64,000 nt of DNA from Vulcanimicrobiota bacterium. Lineage in GTDB: Bacteria; Vulcanimicrobiota; Vulcanimicrobiia; Vulcanimicrobiales; Vulcanimicrobiaceae. Positions 9,540-19,320 of the stretch are shown in pieces. The position numbers and the translations under genes were made by a program. Every line of letters starts with the position of its first letter. The stretch's first letter is position 1. The stretch covers positions 192,001 through 256,000 of the forward strand of contig CAWHWQ010000005.1 in the NCBI GenBank assembly GCA_963833095.1, given 5' to 3'. The notes below the pieces were generated by a model. It saw only the letters and a program-made list of their open reading frames with translations. It was not told the origin of the DNA and made no database searches.

Positions 9540-10747
9540 ATGAGCGCGACGAGCAAGAAGTTGGCGACTAGTGAACTGCCGCCGTAGGATATAAATGGCA
9601 AGGTGATGCCGGTAAGCGGAAAGAGCCCGATCACACCGCCGATGATGATAAAGACCTGAAACCCGAGCGTTGCAGCCATTCCAGCGCCGAGCAATTTGGC
9701 GTAGAGATCCGGTTGCGCGGTAGCGGTCGCGAACATACGGCGCACCATCACGACGAACACGGCAATCACCCCAAGCGCACCGAGCAGTCCAAACTCTTCG
9801 CAGAACGCTGCAAACACGTAGTCGGTCGCCACGTCGGGAATGAATCCTGGATGTCCCAGGCGCAGGCCCGTTCCGAAAAGGCCGCCCGCTGCCAGGCCAT
9901 AGTACGCCTGCGACGACTGATAGCCGGCACCGAGCGGATCGCTAAACGGATTGCGCCACACCGCTATACGGGTCTGCACGTACGGGTAATGATGGATCGC
10001 CCAAAACGCCACCACCGCGAAGATGACGATTCCGCCAAGTACGATATCGACGCGTCGCGTCGCGACGTAGAGCAATGCCGCAAAGGTCGCGAGCAGGAGC
10101 GTCGCCATACCAAGGTCGCGTTGCAGCACGAGAATCGCCATCGATGCACCCCAGCCGATAAAGAGCGGCCCGAGATAGCGTAGATTTGCGCGGACCGACC
10201 ACGGACGGGCCTGAGCGATTACGTCGGCTGTTTCGCCCAGGTACGCGGCGAGAAAGAACACGATGAAGAGCTTGATAAGCTCGATCGGTTCGTACTGCAC
10301 GGGCCCGATTTTAATCCACAAGCGCGCGCCGTTTACTTCCTGACCGAACAAGAGCAACAGCGTGAAAAGTACCAGCGACCCGACAACCCAGAGATACTTG
10401 TAACTGGCGAAGCGCCGGAAGCTGGTGAACGCTGGGCCGGCGGCGACGGCCAAGATCAACGATACCAAAAGCCACCACTGCTGCCGCTGCGCAAGGTCGG
10501 GCGCAAGCCGCGCAACGAGCAGCAGGCCAAGGCCCGCGAGCACCACTGCAAGTGCCGGCAACAAATCATCTCGCTGCGTGCGCGCCGGTTGCAATACAAC
10601 CCACGCGAGCGCGAGCACCGCCAGCGCTCCGAGCAGCCACGGCGGCCCGATCGAGCCTGCGGGCGCGTAGGCGAGCATCAACCCCGTCGCTGCGAGCGCG
10701 ACGAGCATTGGGAGGGCCCGGCGAATGAGGAGCGCTATTGCGCCCAC
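9494..10747 (-). CDS. rodA: SEDS family peptidoglycan polymerase (RodA/FtsW)
   Basis: NGARLWI, EPIELIK, QRDLG, TDYVF, PLTGITLPFISYGGSS. Confidence 0.93.
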   Translation of the reverse strand: MGAIALLIRRALPMLVALAATGLMLAYAPAGSIGPPWLLGALAVLALAWVVLQPARTQRDDLLPALAVVLAGLGLLLVARLAPDLAQRQQWWLLVSLILAVAAGPAFTSFRRFASYKYLWVVGSLVLFTLLLLFGQEVNGARLWIKIGPVQYEPIELIKLFIVFFLAAYLGETADVIAQARPWSVRANLRYLGPLFIGWGASMAILVLQRDLGMATLLLATFAALLYVATRRVDIVLGGIVIFAVVAFWAIHHYPYVQTRIAVWRNPFSDPLGAGYQSSQAYYGLAAGGLFGTGLRLGHPGFIPDVATDYVFAAFCEEFGLLGALGVIAVFVVMVRRMFATATAQPDLYAKLLGAGMAATLGFQVFIIIGGVIGLFPLTGITLPFISYGGSSLVANFLLVALIWAMSSRVCVPKPSG

Positions 10748-11493
10748 GCAGTTAAGAGCGCAAGAGTTACGGTCGTCACGGCGGCGGCGAAGGCCGCCCG
10801 CGCGAGAAAATTGGCGCGATAGACCACCACGGGTATTTCACGCGTTCCAAGCTCCTCGATCGCGCGATCGCTCTCGTCGAAGCGCACGACCAGAAGGTGT
10901 TCGTTCTCACCGGAGCGCTCGACATGTGAGACGAGCGTGCGGCGATCGACATCACCGCGTACGCGATGTCCCATCAAAATCATCACGTCACCCGCATCGA
11001 AGGTGACGCTTGAGACCGAAACGTCCAATGACGAGCTCGTACCAAGCGCGCGGCCGAGGAGCTCGTGCGTTGCTTCACCGAGCGCGTCATCGCCGGTAAG
11101 CACGCTAATATCGCCACGATGCGCGAGGTACGCCGCGGTGCCGCCCGTGTGAATCACGCAGGCATATCCGCCAATGATCACCGCAATCGTGATCGAACAA
11201 CCCGCGGTCACGTAGTCGGCATGCGACGCACTGCGCGAAAAGAGATCGCCGTTAACGCGTGCCAGGGCGCCGAGCACGGCAGTCGGTGCCGCCGGCACAC
11301 GATCGACCGCACGCCGAAAACGTTCGCTTCGCAGGCGTCGCTCGCATTCGGCACGTAGCCGCTCGAGCGTCGCGGGCGCGGCCGCCATACCGTCAACCGT
11401 TCCGAAGCCGCGCGCAACCGCAAAGAGCCACGAGCGCGGCCCAAGCTGCAGCGAGAGACAGGAAGCGCGGTCGCCCCGTATCGCTACGTCCAT
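10735..11493 (-). CDS. PP2C/PstP-like protein lacking catalytic aspartates
   Basis: LFAVARGFG, GCSITIAV, LGRALG, GDVMIL pattern; occupies the pstP position between fhaB and rodA. Confidence 0.65.
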   Translation of the reverse strand: MDVAIRGDRASCLSLQLGPRSWLFAVARGFGTVDGMAAAPATLERLRAECERRLRSERFRRAVDRVPAAPTAVLGALARVNGDLFSRSASHADYVTAGCSITIAVIIGGYACVIHTGGTAAYLAHRGDISVLTGDDALGEATHELLGRALGTSSSLDVSVSSVTFDAGDVMILMGHRVRGDVDRRTLVSHVERSGENEHLLVVRFDESDRAIEELGTREIPVVVYRANFLARAAFAAAVTTVTLALLTAWAQ

Positions 11494-11906
11494 GGCTCTA
11501 ACTTCTCCACGATCAGTCTAGTCGTCCCCACGTCGATTTCGTCGCCCACTCGTGCTTCGATCGCAGTCTCCAGGCGCCGGCCGTTGAGGAACGTCCCATT
11601 TCTACTTTCGAGGTCGCGCACGAAAACGACTCCACCCGCAGCCTCGAGCCGCGCGTGTTTGCGGCTGACCTCGACATCCGCGAGCACGAGTTCACAGCTA
11701 GAATCTCGGCCGATACTGAGGGGGCACAGGCCTTCGAAGAGTCGCTCGCGACCGAGTTCAATGACGCGCAACACCGCATTGACCGGGACGAGGCTCGCAA
11801 TCTCGGCTGGGTTGCCGCCGCGCGGGCGCGCCGCAATCACCGCAACTGCCGCTAACATGGCCGTGATCTCGAGCGTACCGATGCGCATTTGCGCGGCGAA
11901 GGTCAC
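11484..11906 (-). CDS. FHA domain protein (FhaB-like)
   Basis: IGRDSSCELVL, VSRKHARL, DLESRNGTFLNG. Confidence 0.9.
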   Translation of the reverse strand: MTFAAQMRIGTLEITAMLAAVAVIAARPRGGNPAEIASLVPVNAVLRVIELGRERLFEGLCPLSIGRDSSCELVLADVEVSRKHARLEAAGGVVFVRDLESRNGTFLNGRRLETAIEARVGDEIDVGTTRLIVEKLEPWT

Positions 11907-12604
11907 TCGCGTGCCTCGAGCCGCATCTGGGTGTTTCCGAAGGTGAGCACGTCGCCCGACACGACCCGGCGCATGCCCGAGATACGCTCGCCGTTGACGA
12001 ACGTGCCGTTGGTCGAATTGAGATCTTCGACTTCGACGGCGTCCTTTGCGATTTCGAGCGTCGCATGGTTGCGCGAGACGCTGGGATCGACGAGAAAAAT
12101 GTCACTCTCTTCACTGCGGCCGATCGTTGCGGATTTATCGATGAAGTACACGCCGTAGGCAGGCACGCCTTTCATCATGCGCAGATGATAGCGCTTAGGT
12201 GGCGTCAGCGCCGGCGCATTAGGGATAGAGATCGTCACATCGCTCGCAACCGCGACGTCGGCGAGTCCGGGCGGAATACTTTCGCGTGACACCATCTCTA
12301 CGTTGGGACCACCGTCGAAGAAATAGACGCCGACGCGCGCAGCCATATCGCGCAAGAGTTCGGCCCACTCGCGTTCGAGATAGGCGCGGTGTTCAGCCAA
12401 GCGTGTGAAGTCATCGGGACTGACAAAGACCATATAGAGACCGGGAGCTAACATGTGTCCGTCGTCGCCGCGCGTGCGTGCCTCCATGGTCGTGACGAGC
12501 TTGCGCGCGATCTGAGCAGGCTCGAGATCACTCGGAAATGTCTTGGCAAACGTACGCTCGATAAACGCGGCGCACGCTTGCTCGATCCGTTCAAACCAAC
12601 TCAT
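11903..12604 (-). CDS. FhaA-like protein (DUF3662 + FHA)
   Basis: N-terminal F...LEPAQIARKL; C-terminal IGRSEESDI, VSRNHA, STNGTFVNG. Confidence 0.88.
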   Translation of the reverse strand: MSWFERIEQACAAFIERTFAKTFPSDLEPAQIARKLVTTMEARTRGDDGHMLAPGLYMVFVSPDDFTRLAEHRAYLEREWAELLRDMAARVGVYFFDGGPNVEMVSRESIPPGLADVAVASDVTISIPNAPALTPPKRYHLRMMKGVPAYGVYFIDKSATIGRSEESDIFLVDPSVSRNHATLEIAKDAVEVEDLNSTNGTFVNGERISGMRRVVSGDVLTFGNTQMRLEARE

Positions 12605-12616
12605 GCGTTGTGGAGT

Positions 12617-13948
12617 TTACCGGTGCTCCAGTCTTGCGATAAAGAACCCGTCACGGCCGTCCAACCCGGGGGGAACGAGAATGTCGCCCTCCTCAGTAAT
12701 GAACGGTTCAAACGCTGCGGGAATCAATCCGCGTTCAAAATTTGCCTTGCTCCGGAACCACTCGACCACTTCGACCGTCTCGCGCGGATCGGACGAACAT
12801 ACCGCGTAAACAAGGGCGCCGCCCTCGTGGACCGACGGAGCTAGCGCCTCGAGCAAAGCCCGCTGCGTCAGGGCTAGCCGTTCGCCGTCGCCTGGCTGCT
12901 TCTTCCATCGGGCCTCGGGATGACGGCCCACCACGCCGACCCCCGAGCACGGAGCGTCGACGAGAACCCGGTCGAAGCGCCGGCCCGCTTCGAGGAGGGG
13001 GGCCGTAGCGTCGCCGACGACGATGTCTGCGGCCACCCCAGCGCCTTCCAGGCGCGCCTCGAGGACGGCGGCTTTACGCGTATCCCGCTCGATGCAAAGC
13101 AACGTGCCCTGTGGGCCTATGCGCGCCCCTATTTGCAGCGCCTTATTGCCCCGGCCGCTGCAGACGTCGACAATCGACTCCTCGGGTTGCGGGTTGAGCA
13201 CCGCGACCGGCATCGCGGAGCTCTCCGACTGAATCCACCAGGCGCCGCTCGCCCGGGCCTCGCGCGAACGCACCGCGGCCGCCTCATCGATCAGAAGCGA
13301 CTCGGGAACGAAGGCCGAGGGAGTGGCACCGATGCGCTCGGCGGTGAATTGCTCGACGACCTGATCGGGAGTGGTGCGCAGCCCGTTGACCGTCACCGCC
13401 GCGCGAGCCGGGTCGTTCACCGCCGCGCAAATCGCTTCGGCCCGATCGCCGAATACTGCCCGCCATTGGCGTACGAGCCAGGTCGGCAACGAATAGCGCA
13501 CACCCAAATATTCGTCGTCATTTTCGAAGAGGTCGCGGGTCGGATCGGGCGGCCGATCGCGCAAGAACGAGCGCAACACGGCGTTAACCAGATTGGCAAC
13601 GCCGCGGTGACCGTAACGCTTGGCCAGATTCACAAACTCGAAAACCGTCGCGTGCGTGTCGGCCCGCGTGTAGACCAGCTCGTATACGGCAAGGCGCAGA
13701 ATTTCGAGGATCACCGGCGGCAGGTCCGCCCGGCGTTCGCCGATGAACGGCTCGAGATACCAGTCGAGGGCGCGCCGCATCTTGATCGCGCCATATGCGA
13801 GCTCGGTTGCGAACGCGCGATCGCGCGCTTCGAGATTGGCTTTGCGCGCACGATAGTCGAGCGCTTCCTGCGCCCCGCGCTCCGTGCCGCCGCCGGGAGC
13901 AACGAACACGTCACGCACCGTGTGCAGCGCGACCTCGCGCGCGTTCAC
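12617..13948 (-). CDS. rsmB: 16S rRNA m5C967 methyltransferase
   Basis: NusB-like N-terminus; VDVCSGRGNK, DRVLVDAPCSGVG, LVYAVCS, DGFFIARL. Confidence 0.92.
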   Translation of the reverse strand: MNAREVALHTVRDVFVAPGGGTERGAQEALDYRARKANLEARDRAFATELAYGAIKMRRALDWYLEPFIGERRADLPPVILEILRLAVYELVYTRADTHATVFEFVNLAKRYGHRGVANLVNAVLRSFLRDRPPDPTRDLFENDDEYLGVRYSLPTWLVRQWRAVFGDRAEAICAAVNDPARAAVTVNGLRTTPDQVVEQFTAERIGATPSAFVPESLLIDEAAAVRSREARASGAWWIQSESSAMPVAVLNPQPEESIVDVCSGRGNKALQIGARIGPQGTLLCIERDTRKAAVLEARLEGAGVAADIVVGDATAPLLEAGRRFDRVLVDAPCSGVGVVGRHPEARWKKQPGDGERLALTQRALLEALAPSVHEGGALVYAVCSSDPRETVEVVEWFRSKANFERGLIPAAFEPFITEEGDILVPPGLDGRDGFFIARLEHR

Positions 13949-14790
13949 CTAGGGAACCTTGGCTCTCGGTCGTGACGCGAGCGTTCGTAGCTCTCGCCGC
14001 TCATCCGCCCCCGGTTGGGTGCGATGAGCTCGTCGATAACGACGCGATCGCCGTCGACGTGCGCGCGCAACAGCTTCACGCTCTCGCCGTCGATGCTTGC
14101 GCGCGCGCCGGGCGTGGGCGCAAACGCGCGCACCGTGTTGACGATGCGCTCCGGCGCCCACGCCCAATCGACCATTAGGTCTTCTTTGCGAAGCGGGCGC
14201 GTGACGCTTGGCTCGCCGTGTTGCGCGGTTCGCGGAAGCGGGCCGCGTAGGGCCAGGTCGATCGCATCACCGAGCAGATCGGCGCCGAACAGCGCCAGTC
14301 GGTCGTGCAACGCGCCGTAGTCGTCGTCGGCGTTGATCTCGATCGGCTCTTGCAACACGAGGTCGCCGGTATCCATTCCCGCATCCATGAGCATGATCGA
14401 CACGCCGGTTCGCGTTTCGCCGGCAAGCAGGGCGCTCTGAATCGGCGTCGCGCCACGGTACTTCGGCAACAGCGACGGATGCACGTTGAGCGCTCCGAGA
14501 GCGGGGAGATCGATCAACGATTGCGGCAGAATCTTGCCGTACGACGCAAGCGCGAAGAGATCGTACGGTGTTTGCGCGAGCTGCGCGACGAGGTCTTTGA
14601 GTGAAGCGGGCTCGTAGACGTGAAACCCAAGGTCGAGCGCCGCCGTCTTCACCGGCGTCCGCTGCAACTTGTGGCCGCGCCCGGAAGGGCGGTCCGGCTG
14701 GGTTACAACCCCCCCAAGCTGCGTTTTCTCAGCGATGACGTGCAGGCTTGGAACCGCGAAGGCGCTCGTTCCGAAGAACAGCGTACGCAA
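13945..14790 (-). CDS. fmt: Methionyl-tRNA formyltransferase (TTG start at 14790 inferred)
   Basis: FFGTSAFA, VTQPDRPSGRG, NVHPSLLPKYRGATPI, MDAGMDTG. Confidence 0.93.
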   Translation of the reverse strand: MRTLFFGTSAFAVPSLHVIAEKTQLGGVVTQPDRPSGRGHKLQRTPVKTAALDLGFHVYEPASLKDLVAQLAQTPYDLFALASYGKILPQSLIDLPALGALNVHPSLLPKYRGATPIQSALLAGETRTGVSIMLMDAGMDTGDLVLQEPIEINADDDYGALHDRLALFGADLLGDAIDLALRGPLPRTAQHGEPSVTRPLRKEDLMVDWAWAPERIVNTVRAFAPTPGARASIDGESVKLLRAHVDGDRVVIDELIAPNRGRMSGESYERSRHDREPRFPR

Positions 14791-15310
14791 CGTAACGCTT
14801 CGGCCGGTTTCGACGATTTCGCGTTCCTCGTCGGTCTGCGGCAGGCGCACGTTCTTGGCTTTGTCGATGTAGAGCACGCCGTTGAGATGATCGATCTCGT
14901 GCTGCAGACACTGCGCGAACAGACCTTCGCCCTCGAGCCGAATCTTCTCGCCGTTGCGATCGAGACCGCTGACCGCGAGCCGATTGAAATCGCGTGATTT
15001 CGCCCACGTATCCCGGAACCGAGAGGCAGCCCTCGGTCAATTCGACTTCCTCTTCGGCAAGCTCGATCTTCGGGTTGATGACGACCGCCGGTTCGTGTTC
15101 GTCGTCATTCACGTCGATCACGAAGATGCGCTTGGAAACGTTGACCTGCGGCGCGGCAAGGCCGACGCCCGGCGCATGGTACATCGTTTCGAACATATCG
15201 TCGATGAGCTGCTGAATGAGCGGGTCTTCAAGTTCCTTGGGATCGACCTTCTTGGCGATCTTTCGGAGCGTGGGATGACCGTCCGTGATGATCTCGCGGA
15301 TATAGGGCAT
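14791..15310 (-). CDS. def: Peptide deformylase (one apparent frameshift near 14985; true stop uncertain)
   Basis: GVGLAAPQ and EGCLS in one frame; QHEIDHLNGVLY in the shifted frame. Confidence 0.9.
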
Positions 15311-15398
15311 GGCCCGGTTTATACGACTCTCCAAGACGCCGACCATGCCACGGATCGGCCCGGAGGGCCGAACGTAACAGATTCAGCGAAGCTGAATC

Positions 15399-15866
15399 CT
15401 ACTGGATAGTAAAGCTTCCGAGCGGTCCGAGCGGCGTGCAGTTGCTCGTCGTGTCATTCACCCACACGTACCAGGTCGAACCTGAGGGCGATAGGCCGCG
15501 GGGCAGGGTAATGCTTTGATAGACGGGATTCGCGATCGCCGGCGTCGCGGCTGGGGATGGCACCTGCCCCGGGGTGATGGTGGCCATTGTCGCATACGTC
15601 GCAAAGCCGCCACTCAACGAATTGACGCTGTTGAAGATCGCGTTGTAGGTTGGCAGCGGCGCGGCAACGACGAACACGAATTGCTGCGGGTTGTCGGGCA
15701 CGCCGGTCGCGCCGGGAATCGGATAGACCATCTGCACGGTCTCGCTCGGCGAACAAGTCGGGCCGGGCGTGGGTTCGAGCACCGTCGCGCCGCCGCCGCA
15801 GGCGGCAAACACTACGGCGCACAGGGAAAGTCCCAAACCAACGAAGAGCCTGCGCAAGGTCAACAT
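15399..15866 (-). CDS. Hypothetical lipoprotein
   Basis: Signal peptide with lipobox FAAC followed by GGG; Pro/Thr-rich; clean ORF. Confidence 0.7.
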   Translation of the reverse strand: MLTLRRLFVGLGLSLCAVVFAACGGGATVLEPTPGPTCSPSETVQMVYPIPGATGVPDNPQQFVFVVAAPLPTYNAIFNSVNSLSGGFATYATMATITPGQVPSPAATPAIANPVYQSITLPRGLSPSGSTWYVWVNDTTSNCTPLGPLGSFTIQ

Positions 15867-15910
15867 GAGATTATCCTACCGTGGCCTTCCTGGGTTGAGG
15901 ATGAGAATCG

Positions 15911-17355
15911 CTAGAGAATGTATCCCGAAAGATCAGCGTTCTCAACGACGTCTTTGAGCCGTTCGCGCACGTAGGCCGCGTCAATGGTGACATCGCCGCG
16001 TTCCTCCGGCGCGCCGAAGCTGACGTCTTCGAGCAGCCGCTCGAGCACGGTGTGCAGGCGGCGGGCGCCGATGTTCTCGCTCTGCTCGTTGACCTGCATC
16101 GCGAAACGAGCGAGCTGGTCGATCGCGTCCTCGGTGAAGTCGAGCGTGCACGCCCTCGGTCGCGAGCAGCGCGCTTGTACTGTTCGATCAGCGCGTTCTT
16201 CGGCTGGGTGAGGATCGTCTCGAAATCTTCGGCGGTGAGCGAGTCGAGCTCGACGCGAATCGGAAAGCGGCCCTGCAGTTCCGGGATCAGGTCCGACGGC
16301 TTGCTCATGTGGAATGCGCCGGCCGCGATGAAGAGCACGTGATCGGTCTTGAGCGTGCCGTGCTTGGTCTTGACCGTGCTGCCTTCGACGATCGGCAGAA
16401 TGTCGCGCTGCACGCCTTCGCGCGAAACGTCGGGGCCGCCGCGACGCCTTCGCGCCCGGCGACCTTGTCGATCTCGTCGATGAAGATGATGCCGTCTTCG
16501 CCGGCGCGGCGCAGCGCTTCGCGCTTGACCGCGTCCATGTCGATGAGCTTGCTCGCTTCTTCTTGCGCGAAGATGCGCCGCGCTTCGGCGACGGTCACGC
16601 GCTTCTGCGCGTTCTTGCGCTTGGGCAGCAGACCGCCGAGCATCTCGCCCATGTCGGCGCCGCCAGCCCTCGATCGCACGCCCATCATGCCGATCGGCAC
16701 GCTAGGCGTTTCCTCGACTTCGATCTCGATCAGCCGCACGTCGTAGAAGCCGCGCTCGATGTCGGCGCGCGCCTGCTCGCGAACGCGCGCGACGTCGCCG
16801 GGCGGCTCCGGCGCGGCGTGGTTGCGGCTGGCGGCTGCGGCGCCGGCAAGTGTGCCGAAGATCGAGCCGAGCGTCGCGCGAGCGGATTTCCCTGCGGATT
16901 GCGTCCGTGCGCGCGCGTCTCGGGATGCAGCACGTCGATGATGCGCTCGACCGCGGCTTGCTCGGCGAGCTCGTCGACTTCGGCGCGGCGCTCTTCGCTC
17001 ACCATGCGGATCGCCGACTTCGACCAGATCGCGCACCATCGACTCGACGTCGCGTCCGACGTAGCCGACCTCGGTATATTTCGTCGCTTCGACTTTGACG
17101 AACGGCGCGCCGGCGAGCGCGGCCAGGCGGCGCGCGATCTCGGTTTTGCCGACGCCGGTCGGTCCGATCATCAGGATGTTCTTCGGGATGATTTCGTCGC
17201 GCAGATCTTCGCGCAGCTGCTCGCGGCGGTAGCGGTTGCGCAGCGCGATCGCGACCGCGCGTTTGGCCTTGGCCTGGCCGACGATGTACTTGTCGAGTTC
17301 GGCGACGATCTGGCGCGGCGTGAGCGCTCGCGGTATCCGGAAGCGCTGCTGTCAT
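15911..17355 (-). CDS. hslU: ATP-dependent protease ATPase subunit (multiple apparent frameshifts)
   Basis: Fragments: [78 protein letters not shown]. Confidence 0.93.
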
Positions 17356-17892
17356 GGCAGCGTCTCGACGGTGATGTCGTCGTTGGTGTAGATGCAGATT
17401 TCGCCGGCGATCTCGAGCGCCTTGCGCGCGATCTCTTCGGCGGACGAGCGTCGGTGTTGCGCAGCAGCGCCACGGCCGCGGCTTGCGCGTAGGGTCCGCC
17501 GCTGCCGATCGCGGCGATGCCCTCGTCGGGCTCGATCACGTCGCCGGTGCCGCGAGAGCACGAACAGATGCTCGGGCGTGCCGACGATCAGCAGCGCCTC
17601 GAGGCGGCGCAGCGCGCGGTCTTGGCGCCAATCCTTGGCCAGCTCGACGGCGGCGCGCGTCAGGTTGCTCTTGTACTCGTCGAGCTTGTCCTCGAACTTC
17701 TCGAGCAGCGTGATGCCGTCGGCGGCGCGAGCCGGCGAAGCCGGCGATCACTGTGCCGCCGGCGATCTGGCGCACTTTGCGCGCGCCGTGCTTCATGACG
17801 GTCTTGTCGAGGGTCACTTGGCCGTCGCCGGCGATCGCCAGCTTGCCGTCGCGGCGAACCGCGAGAATCGTGGTCGAGCGAATGCTCATCAT
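17352..17892 (-). CDS. hslV: ATP-dependent protease peptidase subunit (apparent frameshifts)
   Basis: STTILAVRR...[32 protein letters not shown]. Confidence 0.93.
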
Positions 17893-19320
17893 CGCATCGC
17901 TCTACCCGCGCGGGCACTGGGCGGTTTCAGCGGCGCGCTTGCTCTCGCTGGCCGTGACGGCGAGTCCCTGGCCAGCGCATCGATCGCGTGCCAGCGCCCG
18001 CTGCCGCCAGCGCGCGCGCGGCGCGCGCCGCTTATCGCGGCGTCGCTTGCCGGCGCGATCGAGCGGCGAGAACCAGGCCCAGGTGACGTTGGCCGGTTGG
18101 AAGTCGTGCGGTCTGCGGCGTTCTGCAGGTGCGCGACGACCGCGCCGAGCGCGGTGTCGCGCGGGAACTCGACGGGCGGCAAGCCCAGCAGCGCTGCGTG
18201 CCGCGTGCGATACCGGCCATCGCGCCGCAGGCGGCCGCCTCGACGTAGCCTTCGGCGCCGGTGATCTGCCCCGCGAAGTAGAGCGCGTCGTGCGCCGCGC
18301 AAGCGCAAGCTGCGCGTCGAGCAGGCGCGGCGAGTCGATGAACGTGTTGCGGTGCATCACGCCCAGGCGCAGCCACTCCGCGTTCGCGAGGCCGGGCAGT
18401 TTGCCGAACGCTTCTTTTTGCGCCGGCCACGTCAGGCGCGTTTGGAAGCCGACGAGGTTGAGCGCGGTGCCGTCCGCGTTTTCTTTGCGCAGTTGCACGA
18501 CCGCGTAGCGGCGTCTTGCCGGTCCGCGGATCGCGCAGGCCGACCGGCTTGAGCGGGCCGAAGCGCAGCGCGTCGTCGCCGCGCTCGGCCATCTCTTCGA
18601 TCGGCAGACAGCCTTCGAAGTACGGTACTTGCCGGCGCGACGTCGACTCGAAATCTTTGGGCTCGTGCCGCGGCAGCGTGCGCAGATCGTGCGATGAAGC
18701 TGCGCGTACTGCTCGCGGTCGAGCGGGATGTTGAGATAGTCGTCGCCGTCGCCCTTATCGTAGCGCGACTTGCGATACATCGGCGACTCGTCGATCGAAT
18801 CGGCCGCCACGATCGGCGAGGCCGCATCGTAATAGTGCAGCCGGCCGCTTCGCCGACGAGACGCGTCGAGTCGATGCGCGGCAAGCGCGTCGATCGGGCA
18901 GCGGCCCGCAGGCGACGATCGCCGGACGGTCGCAGCGGAATCGCGGTCACTTCTTCGCGCATGAGCGTGATGCGCGGGTGCGCCGAGCAGCCGCGACTCG
19001 ACCGATCGCGCGAAACGCTCGCGGTCGACCGCCAACGCGCCGCCGGCCGGCACGGCCGCTTCGCGCGCCGAGGTAACGATCAGCGAATCGAGCCGCGCCA
19101 GTTCTTCTTTCAGCAAGCCGACGGCGTTCTCGAGCGCCGCGCCGCGCAGCGAGTTGCTGCAGACCAGTTCCGCCAGCGCGTCGGTCTGGTGCGCGGGCCC
19201 GCTGGAATGCGGGCGCATCTCGTACAGATCGCACGTCGACGCCCGCGCTGCGCGAGCCTGCCACGCGGCTTCGCAGCCGGCGAGGCCGCCGCCGATGACG
19301 GAGTCGTCAGCAGCGCGCAT
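17889..19320 (-). CDS. trmFO: tRNA m5U54 methyltransferase TrmFO (apparent frameshifts; 3' end approximate)
   Basis: [66 protein letters not shown]. Confidence 0.92.
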
